Positions 12,931-26,944 of a stretch of DNA of 64,000 bases are shown here, in pieces. Numbering within the stretch: the stretch's first letter is position 1; the number at the start of each line of letters is the position of its first letter. The stretch comes from Vermamoeba vermiformis (lineage: Eukaryota). Where the stretch lies: assembly GCA_045837725.1 (NCBI GenBank), contig JBEWZL010000115.1, forward strand, positions 1 to 64,000, written 5' to 3'. The translations under genes were made by a program, and so were the position numbers. The notes below the pieces were generated by a model. The model saw only the letters and a program-made list of their open reading frames with translations, ran no database searches and was not told the DNA's origin.

Positions 12931-15900
12931 ATGTCGAATTTAATCGTTCCTACATTTATTTGGCACGGGGCTCCAAGTCATCGGATCACCAGCGCTGCTT
13001 TTTCACCGAATAGAACCCGATTATATACTGGATCTGATAACGGGCATATTTGTGTATGGTCCATTGATAGTAAGGTAAGCATCAGAATTTATGGATTATT
13101 TTGAAAATAAAAATTACGTAAATGGAATTTTCTGTAACGGAATCTGCTCGTGTATGCAAAATTTTTCGTGCATATAATATTAAATATAGCCGTCATAATA
13201 TTATTGCTATGTAGAGTCGCTATTACTTCAATTTAAATTTTTTTATTAATTTATTAGCTTGATCTGCTTACGTTGCAATCTCCTGTCAATAAACTTTCCT
13301 ATTTTATGCTTATTTACGATTAAATATTTATTATGATGCTTACATATTTGCAATTATAGGACTCGTCATTAGAGCCGATATTGGTATTGTTTAGCAATGA
13401 AGAGTCGCCAATCACGGGAATTTGCTGCGTAAATTATGAATGGAAAGAATCAATAGTAACAGGTATTATTATAGTCCTATTTGATTTATTACAACGAAGT
13501 TGCAAGTTCGGATCTAAGATCGATTTTTCTATTGAATGTATTATCGCTACGTATTAACGGCCCTATTTTTTTAGTATCGCTCGATGGTACATTATCAATA
13601 TGGTCTCAAACTGATGGTCAATGTCTCGCGAGCAGATCCAGAGGTAAATTTTAATGTTACCAAATTATTTGAAAATAATAAGCCATTAATAATTATGTAT
13701 ATTAATAATTAAATATATAGTCTTTAAATGCTCGCCAAAAATGATCCGATTATTGCCCGATCAAACACACGTGGCAGTGAGTGGATTGAGTGCTGACATT
13801 GAAGTGCTGGATCTCAATTCATTAAAGGTACATCGGTATCATAACCTTATATATATATCATATCATGCTCATAATACCACTCAGATTACACATCGCAGCA
13901 CAGACGCGGAAGATTGGATTAAATGTCTCGACATTGGAAAATTAGGCGGCATTGAAAGTACGTCGTACAATTCCAAAAAAAATTCCAAATGACATCCCAC
14001 CATAATATTATTATAATATAATACGCGTTATATACTACTATCACATTCAGTTACATATAACAATCATGAAAGGACTGCATTAATTATTAATTTTTTACGT
14101 GTTCGCAGTTATGTGGAGTCTGAGTATTCGCGGCACACTGCGCTATTGGCCGATTGAAGACGAATACAAGAACAACACTGCGAGTTTTGACCGCGACAAA
14201 CCAGATTCCATGCCCATTCAAACAATTGTACTTGACATTCCTGACCCCGTGCACGCGTGCATGTCACCGAATAATCAGACGCTAGTCATTGTAACTAATA
14301 GTGAATGGCGGGTACGTGTTATATTTATAATCGTGGTTTTCATGCAATGATATACAACATCACTTATATTGCTTAAACATACGGATCCAGAACCGTAAAA
14401 AATGTGAAATTTTTATTTAAATTTTCTCAACTAAGCCTAAAATTTATATTAACGTATGTGTATTATTAGCTACTGACAGCCAATGGTTCAAATTTGTTGA
14501 TGAAAGTTGCTGCCCCAGATGCGAGTGGTTGCAACTACGCACATTACGTCGACAACACAACGATTGTAGTGTGGACTAAGGTGCGGTTATTTTTACTAAT
14601 ATAATATAGCCGAGTTCTATATTAACTTCCACCTATTAGCGAGGCTACGGCTATGTATATAAATTACCCATCACTGCCAGTACTTCGCTCAACAAAAGCA
14701 CCGAATTGTAAGTGTGAAAAATCCAGCCTTTTCGATTAAATATTAATATAATACGTATTTATGATATACATAGGGTGCCTAGTGAAGATGTTTTGCCTCA
14801 ATCAGTGCTGTCGTTCGATTCAGATCCGGAAGATATTGTCAGCCTGTTATTGAATGACTTTGTGTTCGCTGCAAGTCACCAGTCCATCGCTGTCTGTTCA
14901 GAAGACGGTAAGCGCGGAACAATTTTCCATATTTGGTAACAAGAATAGTTAACCTGACCAATCCGACAGGCTTTGTAAAAATTTGGAAAATCAGTCCAGA
15001 TTCATTGCCGAAGTCTTTGAATCCAGTAATGGGTACGTATTGATTATATATGAATACTTAATATAGTAATTGAGTCCTAATCTATTTTAGAATCGTGTTT
15101 TGAAGACGGATGGGACGTAGTTGATTATGACAAAAAAGTGACTGCTAGTCTCGTGATTGAACAGCCGTTGACTTTGATTACCGGATATGGTAAGGACTTT
15201 CCATATAAGGAAATATTCCTATTTCCTTTATTTCCTTCCAATTATGGATCTGTAGAAAGACTAGCTAATAGTTAACAAAATAGAGGATGGATCGATATCG
15301 ATCAGCAAACTGCCCTATGACACCACGCCTAGTGTGTGGAAGGGTCACGCGGAAAAAATTAATTGTTTGATGGTGATGAAACACGAGGGCGAGGACTTTT
15401 TATTGAGCGGATCTGACGACGGATATATTAAGACGTGGGACATGAAGTACGTAATGATAAATTGATTCATACCGTTACTAGTGCTAATATTGCAATATTT
15501 TCTAGGAAAAAGAAGCTCGTTCATCGATTGAGCAATCAAAGTGGACCTATTTTGCAATTATTTAGGCCACAAGAATTACCAAGTGGGCCTAAATGGAAAA
15601 ATAGATTTATGTCGCTTAGTCTTGACACGACAATAGCTCTATATCGATTTGAATCCGTGCCTCAGTGGTAAGTTGTAGTTTTGTAACGGATCCGCTTTTG
15701 GTCAAACTTTGGTCAAACACCAAAATTATCGCTCCAAAGACGAGAATTTTCTTAAAATAATTTAAAGTGACTTCTATAACATTGTAAATCCTTAATACTA
15801 ATAATGCTATAATTTTCTAATTTTTCTATAATTTTAGTATTCATGTCTTTGGCAAACACTCCGCGCAAATCAAAGAAGTGCGATGGCAACCAGACCAAGA

Positions 15901-18547
15901 CTATTTGTTAGTCCAATCAATGGACGACGCATTTTCAATTTGGGACATGACGAGCGGTGGTCTCGAGAATTGTCTCTATGGCAAGCGAGGCCGCGACATT
16001 TTCTTCGCTGGAAAAATGTTGTCCAAAGAAGACATTCAGTTCCAAATGCGCTCTGTGTCCAAACAACCATTTTCAAGGGTTACTCTGCATATTCCTAAAG
16101 GTACGGCCTAGACTCAAAAAAAGCGGATGCATCCGCTAAAATATTTTTATTATAGAGGCCCCAGTTCAAGCGATTATTTTGAACGTCAAACAATTGTCGT
16201 TCACGCTGTATAATATATTTAAGAATCGACTTGAACAGACTGAAGGTCACTCTGTGTAAGTATTCTTGGTGTTTCGGAACAAACCAATAGACTAACATTG
16301 CCTTTTTAGGAAGGAGATTGACAACGATGAGTTGAAGTGGACTCATCCCGAGTACAAAGTATTTACGTAAGTCAATAAGAAATGAAGTTGAGTGCCTTGG
16401 TTGACATAACTTTGCAAGATATTTTATTCCGTGGGGCATGGACGAAGACTTAGATCGACAAATCAGATCGGAATTGTTCTTGAAACCTCCTTCACCTGAT
16501 GTTTGCTTTGGCATCATGGGGTAAGTTTTAAAAAAAAAATGACACGTGTCAAATTCAATTTTTTCACGGTCTAACTTTGCGTGTCAGTGCCGGTGGCAAA
16601 ATGTCAGTGTTAGTGCCCAAATCAATGCGCGGCGTCATTACAAAAGCTCCGCAATCAGCCAATGACACAATCGCTTCTCAATCGTCCAATCAAATCTTGA
16701 ACTTGTCACGTGCCAGACTTGAACGTGAAAAAATGGCCAAATCGAGTCTAGCGAAGGACACTAAAAAGGCAAACCCTCAATTAGGAAGTTTTGGTACTGT
16801 CCAAGTGCTGAATGCTGTCAGCAGTCGTAAAAACGGACAGTGGACGACGAGTGACACGATGACAGCTATGTTGACACTCGCTTCCGTGTCACTTTCTAAG
16901 AGTCTCTTGTTCTTAGACAGTAAGTCTAAATATGGCAATATGATCTACCCGACACCTACTAACGATCTATTTATAGATAATAAGAATGTGTGCAGTCAGT
17001 TGTTGTCTTATTACTGCGCTTTGTTGCCGGATCGCGTTGAACATTACTTGGATCCGTCACTTTCTTATCTTGCTCGATTCTGGCAGGACCCTATGGGTAA
17101 TATAAACATCATATATAACTATTTTATATTGTATTAACCATTCTTTCAGAGGACATTATGCAGTCAGCCAGATCCATTCTGCTGTCAGTCGTAGATCGAT
17201 TGCCTTTGAGCACGCGAAGAGATCTCGCGCAATCTTGGTCACTGATGCGTAAGTGCTGCAATCAGCCGTTATTTTAAATCAAATAGCTCATCTATTGCCA
17301 TGCAGTCCAATCAGCTGATGCCACGAACAAGTCGAAGCCCTTGGCTATTCTCGTATTGGCCATTCTAGCTTGTGAACGTGCAGATTCGTTAACACCTGAG
17401 TACGCGACATTATAACTGAGCGCATATTGCACAATACTAACGATACGTTGACACAGAATTGCCGCACAAGTCGCATTCGAGTTGGTCGATTTATTGTCGC
17501 AAGACAACGTGCAAGCGAACAAATTGAACGTCACAACTGTTGAATTGCTTGGAAAGGGTTACGAGACATGGGCTCCTCGTAAGTATCACCAAAAAAGTGG
17601 ATCTGATATTTCGAGGAAACATTTGTTATGGGTCTTAATACTTTTATTATAACAGATATTAAGGACGTTGAAGGAGTCATCGAAAAGCTGTTCAAATTGT
17701 CACTGAAAAACGAGCCACAAAATCTGGCAACAACAGCGCACCACACACTGATGCTGATCGGTGCCAAGGACCCCAAGATGTTGATTTCAGTGATTGGTCA
17801 ACGCTTTTCACTCAGCCAGGACTCGTTGAGCTCTGCTACACAACTTGACCCTCGCGAGCACGCGCACGCCTTGCTGACCATTCAAGCACTCATCAAAAAA
17901 GCACCGTACGCGATCTACCCGCACTTGTCGCTGCTCGTCGAGTCATTGGTCCGCTCGCTCGATCCACACGTGCCACACTTGCGCGAGGCCTGTTTGAAGC
18001 CTGCTACAGCCCTGGTCCATGATCTTTGTCGCAGGTAAAATATTCGTGAAAAAATTGTAAATATCTTTTGTGCTGACGGACGCGTAAATTGTTAGATTCC
18101 CGTCAATTACGTTCGATCAAGCGGCGCAGAGGCTGGCCACAGGCACTAACAGCAAAATCTTCGTGTACGATTTGACATCAGCTACACGGTGGCACGTGCT
18201 CGAAGGCCACAAGTCCAATGTCATTGCGATCGCGTTCAGTGAAAACGGAAAAAGTTTGGCAAGTTACTCGCCTGACGACGGCGAGGTCAAGTTGTGGAAG
18301 ATGGGCTCAACTATTTTTGGCATCTTAGGCGGCAATCCTCATTGTTACAAGACGATCAATGTATCGAAATTAGACAGTAAGTACCTGACATTACCATATT
18401 AGGCAATTCAATTTTGACACGTTGAATATAGAACCTTTGACGGTGCAAATGATCGTCGATTTGCAAGTGCGATTACAATGGTCGCAAAAAATGTTCCTAT
18501 TGACGCGAACTTGGGAAAAAGATCCGCACACGAAAATTGAAGCGTAG
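12931..18547 (+). CDS. WDR7: WD repeat protein 7 / rabconnectin-3 beta homologue
   Basis: N-terminus MSNLIVPTFIWHGAPSHRIT...TGSDNGHICVW; VRWQPDQDYLLV...IWD...GGLE; PSLSYLARFWQD; C-terminal WD repeats (LEGHKSNVIAIAFSENGKSLASYS). Confidence 0.88.
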
Positions 18548-18915
18548 TTAGACTGAAAAAAAAGGTCAATAAAGAAAAACTGCAACTTTTAATTGCCGCT
18601 TAAATTCTTGTCTGATTGACGAATGACAGCAGGGGACTTGGTGTCACTTTAAAATTGGAATTATTAAAGAATACGCCCCCATCACCACAATACTTGCGTT
18701 AGTTCTCCTTATTAAACATATTTTAATGCCAGGTAGGTCTATTTTTCAAACAAAGACGAATCCCAAACGGATCGCAAAAACAAATCCAAAATGATTATTG
18801 CTTAGGATTTCAATTGATATCTTTTCTTTTAATCGTGCTTGCTAAAATTAATAAAATTAATGCAACCTTCTAAATAATTAAAATTACGGGTACCTACGCT
18901 TTAATAATATTTAAT

Positions 18916-19696
18916 ATGATTCATTATCAATTCAGTATCTTACCTATGATCTCCCAATCATAATAATAACCAATCAGTTTCAGATCGAGTGACCAAAACG
19001 GTGGCTTTTATTGCTATAACTCTTCTATTATCAACTGCCACATGTCTTGCTCAAACATACGAAGGTGTTTGTGCCGAGCTTGAAATAGACGATACATTTT
19101 GCGCAGGGCTCGCAGCAAACTTTCCGAAAAGGGTTTGTTCATACGCCGGGCTCCCAAGCGTTACTTCTAAGACATATTGCAACCCTTCATTTTACAGATC
19201 TTGGCAAGATCTATGTCCTAATCAAAACGTCAATGCATCCCAATTTTGCGACGGAACCGGGTACTTTGGACCATTCCCTCCGCTCCACCGACCTTGCCTC
19301 CTCGCACCTTGCAAAACCAACTCAGATTGCACTGTCCACAAACTAGCTCCGAATGCACCAGTACCTACCTTCAAACCACTTTGCTACGACTGTTGCCTGT
19401 TTTGCTACAAAGATGCCAAGTGTCAAAAGTTGCCAACGTACACTAACAGTACGGACTGCTTGCCCTGCGTTACGACACCAGAACCCATCACCTCCGACGT
19501 TCCTCGTCAACAAAGTGATAATGATGGCTTCAAAATGAGTCCGTGGCTGTACGTTGCCATTGCCAGTGCAATCGTAGCACCATTAGTGCTGCTATTTGTG
19601 TTGTTGTTCCGACGTAAGTGCGCGAAAGCGTCCCTTCCCGGCTACGACAAACTGAACGGAAAGACCTCCGTCAATATGATAGAAATTGAGGAATAA
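18916..19696 (+). CDS. Cys-rich type I membrane protein
   Basis: Signal peptide, Cys-rich ectodomain, TM WLYVAIASAIVAPLVLLFVLLF followed by RRK, and a cytosolic GYDKL (YxxL). ATG 18916 joins the ORF in frame through a putative intron 18935-18977. Confidence 0.7.
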
Positions 19697-19971
19697 AGAA
19701 CATTATCATATTGTTCAATGATTCGTAGCTATATTCATACGGAGTTGCGAACAATGACAAGTCAACCACAAAGTACAACTTGCAATAATCGCTGAACCGA
19801 GTTCCAAGAACGAACCTAGATCTGACGGATCCCTGGTAGTTTTTTTTACGAGCTCGTAAACCACAAATCTAAGCACACCGTGACTGATGCAAAGGAGTCG
19901 CTGGGCACGTGTAACCTGGCAGACCTCTTCCTTGCTATGTTGCGCTGCTATAAAGTGCACCAAACTTGTTT

Positions 19972-21417
19972 TTATTTTGCGATTTTAGTGAATTTTATCG
20001 TCTTGTCTCTGCTGCCCGTCACAATCAACTTTTCGTTTGCCAATTCTATTATGACCTGTATGAAACATGTTAGATAGATATTACCTTATAATCACCCCCT
20101 TACCATTGAACTGATTGCGTCTTGATGAATTTTCTGTTCGTGCACTAGACTCCAGTTCTGCACGGGTCCTTTTTTGGTATTTTCAGTGCCCGTCAAATTA
20201 AACACGCGCAGTGCTCCGTCACCACCGCCAGAAATAACTTGTTGCGCGTCATTCGACAGCCACAGTGTTTTGACGACACTAATGTTCTGCAGCACGATCA
20301 GCGGTGTTTTGATCGCTTTGTCCGTGTCACTCGACCACAACTTGATCGTCCTGTCTTTGCCACCTGTAGCTATAACTCCGTTCTAATACAACTCTTATCA
20401 GCACGTATAGTATATTAGTTCATATAGTAGCGAACTTACTTTTACGTCGACAGCCAAAACGTCGTTTGAATGTGCTTCGATGGTCTCAGTTGGCACGTCA
20501 TTATCTACACGCCACTGTCGGATAGTGCTATCAATAGATTATAAGTATATACTACTATCCTAGTATTCATATTATATTCACCCGTCATCGGACACTGTGA
20601 CAAAGTTGCGTTGATTCAAAGTGAGTGCGCGCACGTGATCTGAGTGTGACTTGTACGTCGCTCTGTTCGTGACAGCGGCATCAACGACACCACTCTTATC
20701 GTTCTTCTTAATGCCTAGCATATATATATTAATATATAAGAGTATAGTAATGTCTTCGTGTTGCTCACCAACGTTGTATTTGTACACGTTCTTGTCTTGA
20801 CCGGTAAAAAATATCGTCACGTTCCAATGCTGATCGTGTCCTTGCACTCGAATCTCGTCGGCTATCATTTGAATGGCATTGATTGGCTGCGGCACTGGCA
20901 CTGATAATAAGGGAAAATATTGAGGCGAAACGGATGCACCTGAAAAATACTCAGTTAGACTTTCTATTCTCAGTTATTAACATAAGCCATTTAATATTGG
21001 TATTATAATTATAGTTATATAATCCTTACATCTTAATAAGAGTTGAATGTAACGTCCAAGCCCGCCAAGAGCGCATAGTGTCAGATCTTGTTTTTGCACG
21101 AGTGAAATGACGTGTAATGGCAAGTGATCGCGACTAATCTCGAGTGTACTTAATAATTTCGGAGAATTGTTCGTAGGAGATTCGTCTATTTGCATCTGAT
21201 CGGATCTGGATCGCGAGTTAAAAATATGAAATAAATGTATAATTAAATTTTCATTATGAACCAATTTAAAATAACGTTTTTAGCAGAAATTTTCTGTCTA
21301 ATAATTTTCTGAATTTACTTACGCTGTATTTTGATTATTGAACGCGATCTGCGAAGTATTTGCGACTCCAGTAACATCTGTAAACACTACTTCTAATGAA
21401 TCTATCATAATAGACAT
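19972..21417 (-). CDS. WD40 repeat protein
   Basis: SHSDHVRAL...VSDD; AHSNDVLAV...GGKDRTIKLW; SGGGDGALRVFN; TGSRDKTIKF. Confidence 0.8.
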
Positions 21418-21654
21418 TATTAAGCAGTTTAGTAAGAGTATTATAGTATTTGAGTTATACCCGGCGAAATCTGGAGCAGTCGCAGATCAGTTATCTCTTC
21501 AGGATGACTTATGCTAAATATAGTGGTCATAATTATGTTGATATATATACAGTGGTTATAATAAAACTACGAAGAACAAAAAAAACAGATAGCAGAAGAA
21601 TGCTAGCAAAAAAGTCATTTTACTATGAGTAACAATTGTTAGACACCATAGCAA

Positions 21655-22710
21655 ATGAGCAAGCGTAGTATAATTAAGAGTAGACGCGAGGATATAGAGA
21701 AGTACTTCTTAGCACTCATCAAAGAAGGATCTGCACAAGAAATCAAGACTTTTTATTCTTATTTCAAGCGAGACCTTAACCAGCTATTCGAAGAAAAATT
21801 AAGCAAAGAAAATTCAAGTAATCCACTCAAAGCTGCTTTTGTTCGAGCAGATCCCAAGATTTTCAACGTGTTTATATTTTTAGAGCCCAAGTACTATCTA
21901 ATTAATCAAAATAACGATGTTAGTATATTTCTATATGCAATTGTTCTATATTAATACTTTATATTACAGCGGGCTCTTAAGTACGCCATCCAGTTGAACA
22001 GCGTAAAAAGTGGAACACTTTTGCTACTGAATAGGCAAAGTGTACGTATATAAATTAACTTCTATTGATACTAATATCGCTATTGTATTCAGAAGGAGCT
22101 CCCTGTCACGAAAACGTCGGATCCGATCTTCAATCAGCTTTTGAGTGACTTCAAACAGCTTGCCAAAGACGAATTCGCTCGTAAATACGCTACTCTAGAA
22201 GACGTAACATTTCCCTTCATTGAACTGCCTATTGAATTACAATGCCAAGTACTAACGAAGCTTTCGATCGGATGTACTTTGAAAGCACCAGCTGTTTGCA
22301 AACTATGGCGCGACATGGTCCAGCCGGATCCTCTCGTAGACAACGAATTTATTGTTCGCAAGATATTTGAATGCGAGACCACACTTGAAGAGTACTATTT
22401 GAAGATCGAACTACATCCGACGGTACACCACTTTTGCCTGGCAAATCCAAAGAATATTCTGCCAAAAATAGAGGCAAAAGAATATGATGCTAGTTTTTTG
22501 AAGCTCGTAGATAATATTGCTAATAGTGCTGCTGAAGATTGCATTGATCCATCGCAAAAGGAAGATCTAAGAGAACTTATTCTCAATACGGACGTGGAAG
22601 ATATATATTATTGGGAGGATTATGGACGTAGCTCAATATATTTAAAGATAGACGATGACGTAGGAATAGGAATTACAATGCAAGAGCTCGTTGAAGGAAA
22701 TTTTAAATGA
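21655..22710 (+). CDS. F-box protein with helical (ankyrin-like) N-terminal region
   Basis: FPFIELPIELQCQVLTKLS...AVCKLWRDMV F-box; NPLKAAF / ALKYAIQLN ankyrin-like helices; 3 exons. Confidence 0.7.
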
Positions 22711-22856
22711 AGTTAATATATGAAGGGTTACAAATGAAACATATAATTAATTATTAATAAAATTATGCCCGCTGTGACCTATTCCTAGTAATACTATTTT
22801 GCAGTAGAAAGCAGATCAGGATCTCGTTTCAAGTTTTGGTGTTTATTATTTTTTGA

Positions 22857-24952
22857 TTATTTTGCTGTCGACAATGGCAATGTAAATATTTTGACTGCAT
22901 TTTTCGCTTTTTTATCAGCCTTCCATCGTCCAAATCGATGTTCTTGACCAACACCTGCTATCAATAGTCGTCCAGTACGCGAGAAAGCCAATGAATTTAC
23001 AAATCCAGCCTAAAATACGATTAAATAAGCATTATTATTAATTTAGTACTAATATCATCGACTTACGCAAGGAATATTCGTCAAATTAACAATTTTCTTC
23101 GAGTCAGTATCGTACTTCCATAATTTAATTTCTCCGTTGTTGGATCCAGAGGCAAATACATCACTGCATATTAACATAGTGTTAATACAACATATCTAAT
23201 CGCATAATATGTCATAAGAATGTACCTGTACTTGACGGCAGCAACGGATGTGATCCAGTTAGGTACACCAGGTGACTCCAAACCGTGGGCCAGAGGGAAA
23301 ACTGCTGCTGGCTTCTTTTTCGATGCACTCCAGTATTGAATGCCACTGTTAGAGACATGATTAGACTAGTGTCACATCGATCGAGTGTCACAGATCCGGT
23401 CCTTACCCGTCATCACCACCACTGACAAAGAACTCTTCGTTGACTAAGGACAGTGTGTCGAGGCCAGCATCAGCTCTGAAGACCATTTGTGTCTCCTCTA
23501 CGACCTTCCACACGCGCACAGTCTTGTCTGAAGATGACGTCACGCATCGCTCGCGTGTCAAACTGTCAATGCCGGTGATGGGTGATTGATGGCCGTAGAG
23601 TGTGTCCAGGTACGCCATGTCATCGCAGTTCCACACTTTTACTGTTCTGTCATTCGAGCCTGAAAAGAGTTGGTGCGAGCCAAATCTGAACGATAAGCCC
23701 TGACGATGAAACATTTAGCAACATTGCCTAATTTGGAAATAAGGATCGTTAATACTGACCGTGATAAAGTCTCTGTGTCCTGAGAATGTGTCCAATAATT
23801 TGTTGTTTTGAGCGTCCCAAATGCGAATTTTGTTGTCCTTGCCACCCGAGGCCAATAACCGACCGTCAGAGGACACGGCAATGCTGTACACTTGATTCGT
23901 GTGCCCGCCAAACTCGGGCTTGTCACGTCCTCCTTTGAATGTGAACAATCGTGTGTTTGTCTCCACGTCATCTGGCAGTAAAGGGCTCGTAAGTCACGTG
24001 TCAAACACGATCATTTTATACGTAACAATGATTGTATGTCATTCTATTCGAGTCTATATGTATTAATATAGCAGTATAGTACTTACATTTAATAATACAG
24101 CAGTCTTTGCTGCCTGAAAACACTGTCTTTTCGTCGTCAGTAATCGCGACACAAGTCACCGATAATTGATGTCCACGATGTTGTCGCACGGGGTATTCAG
24201 AGCCAGGAGTAATTAATAACTGAGGGATATTAATATTAATATATGCATTGGTATTCATTATCAACAGCGCAAAAAGAATAATAAATCACGTACCTGATCT
24301 GAAGCTTTTCTGTGAGGTCTCTTTCCCGTTGTTGCTTCAACCTAAATCATGAAATCAATATAACGTTTTTAATATACATAAATAAATTATTGTTGAATAG
24401 TTTGTGACAGATCCCAATCTCGATCCCAAATACAGGATCTGGATTTGAAGTAACCGTTGGCCATAAATATTGCCCAATATTGTTATGTATATTATAATCT
24501 ATTAAAATACTTACGGCCTCTTCTCTCAATTTTGTTACAAGTGCTTCCTCGTCAACTTCGTCATCCTCATCGCGATGCAAATCCGCCAACTTTGATAAAT
24601 ATTCCTTTGCTAATCTAGCACGCTTCTCATCAACTGTTTCATTTTCATAAGGGTCTGCTTCACCGTTCTCTTCTGCTACTGATCCAGCGTCTGATGCGTT
24701 TTGAAAAAAATCTTCCTCATCACTGGATAATTCTTGGGCCTTGGCTCTAGCCACTTTTCGCTTTTTAGAGTTCTGTAGTAATATAAATAATTATTATAAT
24801 CGATAAATAATAATTACAATTAATTTTTATGATCAGATCGCGGTTTCGATCTCACCAATTATTATTGTACAATAATATAATGCATATGATCTTACATTAG
24901 GAGATTTTCCGTTATCTAATACTCGTTTTCTACCATTTGCTTTGCTTGACAT
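22857..24952 (-). CDS. RRP9: U3 snoRNP-associated WD40 protein RRP9 (U3-55K)
   Basis: ETVDEKRARLAKEYL; GHQLSVTCV; LFSGSNDRTVKVWN..MAYLDTLYGHQ...RERCVT; GFVNSLAF...GVGQEHRFGRW. Confidence 0.93.
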
Positions 24953-25136
24953 TGTTAAATCTGGATCTAATCTGCGCTTTAATTCAACTGTCACTGCTCT
25001 TCGAAAGTCTATCAATATTAATACTAATAATATAGTATTCGAATGCTCGTCAGTCTACTTCAATTGTCCAAAAGAAAAGAAAAGAAAATGTTCATGCATT
25101 TTTAAGCTTCAATCACACGACGAGCAAACACAACAG

Positions 25137-25589
25137 ATGCAGAAAAGACAACAATTAGAAGAGATGGGACAAAAATATAAGCGAAAGGGGAACCTAGTAA
25201 CCGCAGTTGTAATGAGTGGTAAGCAAGATCCAATGCAAGATAGAACAATTACCACCAAGCAGCCAAAAATTTTCTCCCTATTTACCCCATTAATTATAAA
25301 ATATTGACATGATAAATAATGAATTTTTGTTATTTATTTCTTTAATTGCGACTTGTTTAAAGATAGTTCCGTGACCATGACGTAAATTAATCCTGGGTTC
25401 ATTTTGACAGTGGTGGGCCTTGCTATTTACGGATTAATAGCACCAGTAGTAGCTAAAAAGCGAGAAATGGCGAAACATAATATCGACGGCAATCCAAATT
25501 TTTATCGCCCGCTCAGCCAGCAACACAGTCGCGTGCAACCAAATGAACACGATGAACGAAGCACTAAAGCAGTACCCAAAGCTTATTAA
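25137..25589 (+). CDS. Small single-TM protein, COA3/CCDC56-like (cytochrome c oxidase assembly)
   Basis: Spliced YKRKGNLVTAVVM-VVGLAIYG resembles the COA3 RRNIVTGL...LAIYG motif; start codon uncertain. Confidence 0.5.
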
Positions 25590-25805
25590 TGTCATTATAG
25601 GCTTATTATTGTATATTCATTCGTCCCCAATGTAAATAGATCTTGAAATGATGTGTTCATGAATTCACTCCGCGTTGGTGCAATTGTCGGAATTTTATTA
25701 TAATAGAATTGTAATTGTATCCTTAAAGAAAACTATGCGCATTAGTAATTTTGAGCCAAAGATCTTACAAAGTTTATTCGATGGACAGATTCTAACACGA
25801 CGCTG

Positions 25806-26758
25806 TTAATTGACAATAGCCATAGCGAATCCATCGTGTCCTTTACTGCCTACAGTCTGCACTGCAGTCACTGTAACGCGCTTTTCTTTGGCCAACAGCT
25901 CGTACAAGGCTCGAGTACCGTGCACGCGGTCATCTGCGTGATTCGGCTCGATTATTCCGCCTGCTCGCACCACATTATCGACTATAATTAAGGTGCCGGG
26001 CTTTGATAATTTAACGGCATAGTCAAAATAAGCGGCGTTGTTTTGTTTGTCCGCATCTATGAAAACAAAATCGAAAGGAGCCTGATTTTCTTGAGCTAAC
26101 GCAGCCAAGCTATCAAGTGCCTTGCCTAATCGCAATTCTATAACATTTTCGAGGCCTGCAAGCTTAAAATTGGCGATTGCGACTTCCGCGTGTTTGGGAT
26201 CGAGCTCCAAAGTGATCAATTTGCCTGTTGCTGGCAGTGCACGTGCAAGCCATATAGTACTGTAGCCTCCTAAGGTACCGATTTCGAGAATTCTTTGTGC
26301 TCCTGCAGGCAAAATTTCAATATACCGCCCGATCGAGAATTTCGTTAAACTCACGGTACCTTTCAATCGTGCCAATAATTGCAAAAATTTTCCTTGATTT
26401 GGTGCAACATTAATTGCAGGCAATCCGGCCTTAGTACTGTTCTCTAAGGCAGTTTCAAGGACGGAATCTTTTTCGAGCACATGCTCGCAGATGTAGTTGT
26501 CGACATTGGTCCAAAGTTGTTGCTAAAATTCAATTATCAATTAACAATATATTGTGCCGGATATCAGTCGACTTACTTCGGCAGAAACGGATTTGTTGTC
26601 TGTGAAAATACAAGTTAATTAATAGACAACTCGGCAGACAGATAACGAAATTAATTTTAGTAAAATATGAATTTATAATGCCAATTTGAAGCAATTGTAA
26701 ATGGATAATAAAAACGATGGTTAGTTGTAGAAATATCAAAGGCGTACTTACCAGACAT
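25806..26758 (-). CDS. Class I SAM-dependent O-methyltransferase (Methyltransf_3, CCoAOMT/MdmC-like)
   Basis: LPAINVAPNQGKFL, ILEIGTLGGYST, FDFVFIDADK, IIVDNVV, VGSKGHDGF; two 5' micro-exons (26752-26758 and about 26578-26600). Confidence 0.92.
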
Positions 26759-26944
26759 CTTATTTAGCGGCAATTCCGACTAATGCAATGTAGTCTGTAT
26801 GTCGTGTAATAAAAGAAATGCAGTTCAGTGCCGTGAATTTATGGCGTGAACTCGTCGGCGAAATAAATCTTTGCTCCGAACTGAACTTTCTTGCTGTTCT
26901 TTGCAAGCTCATACAGCAATAATTGTGTTACTAATAGAACACAA

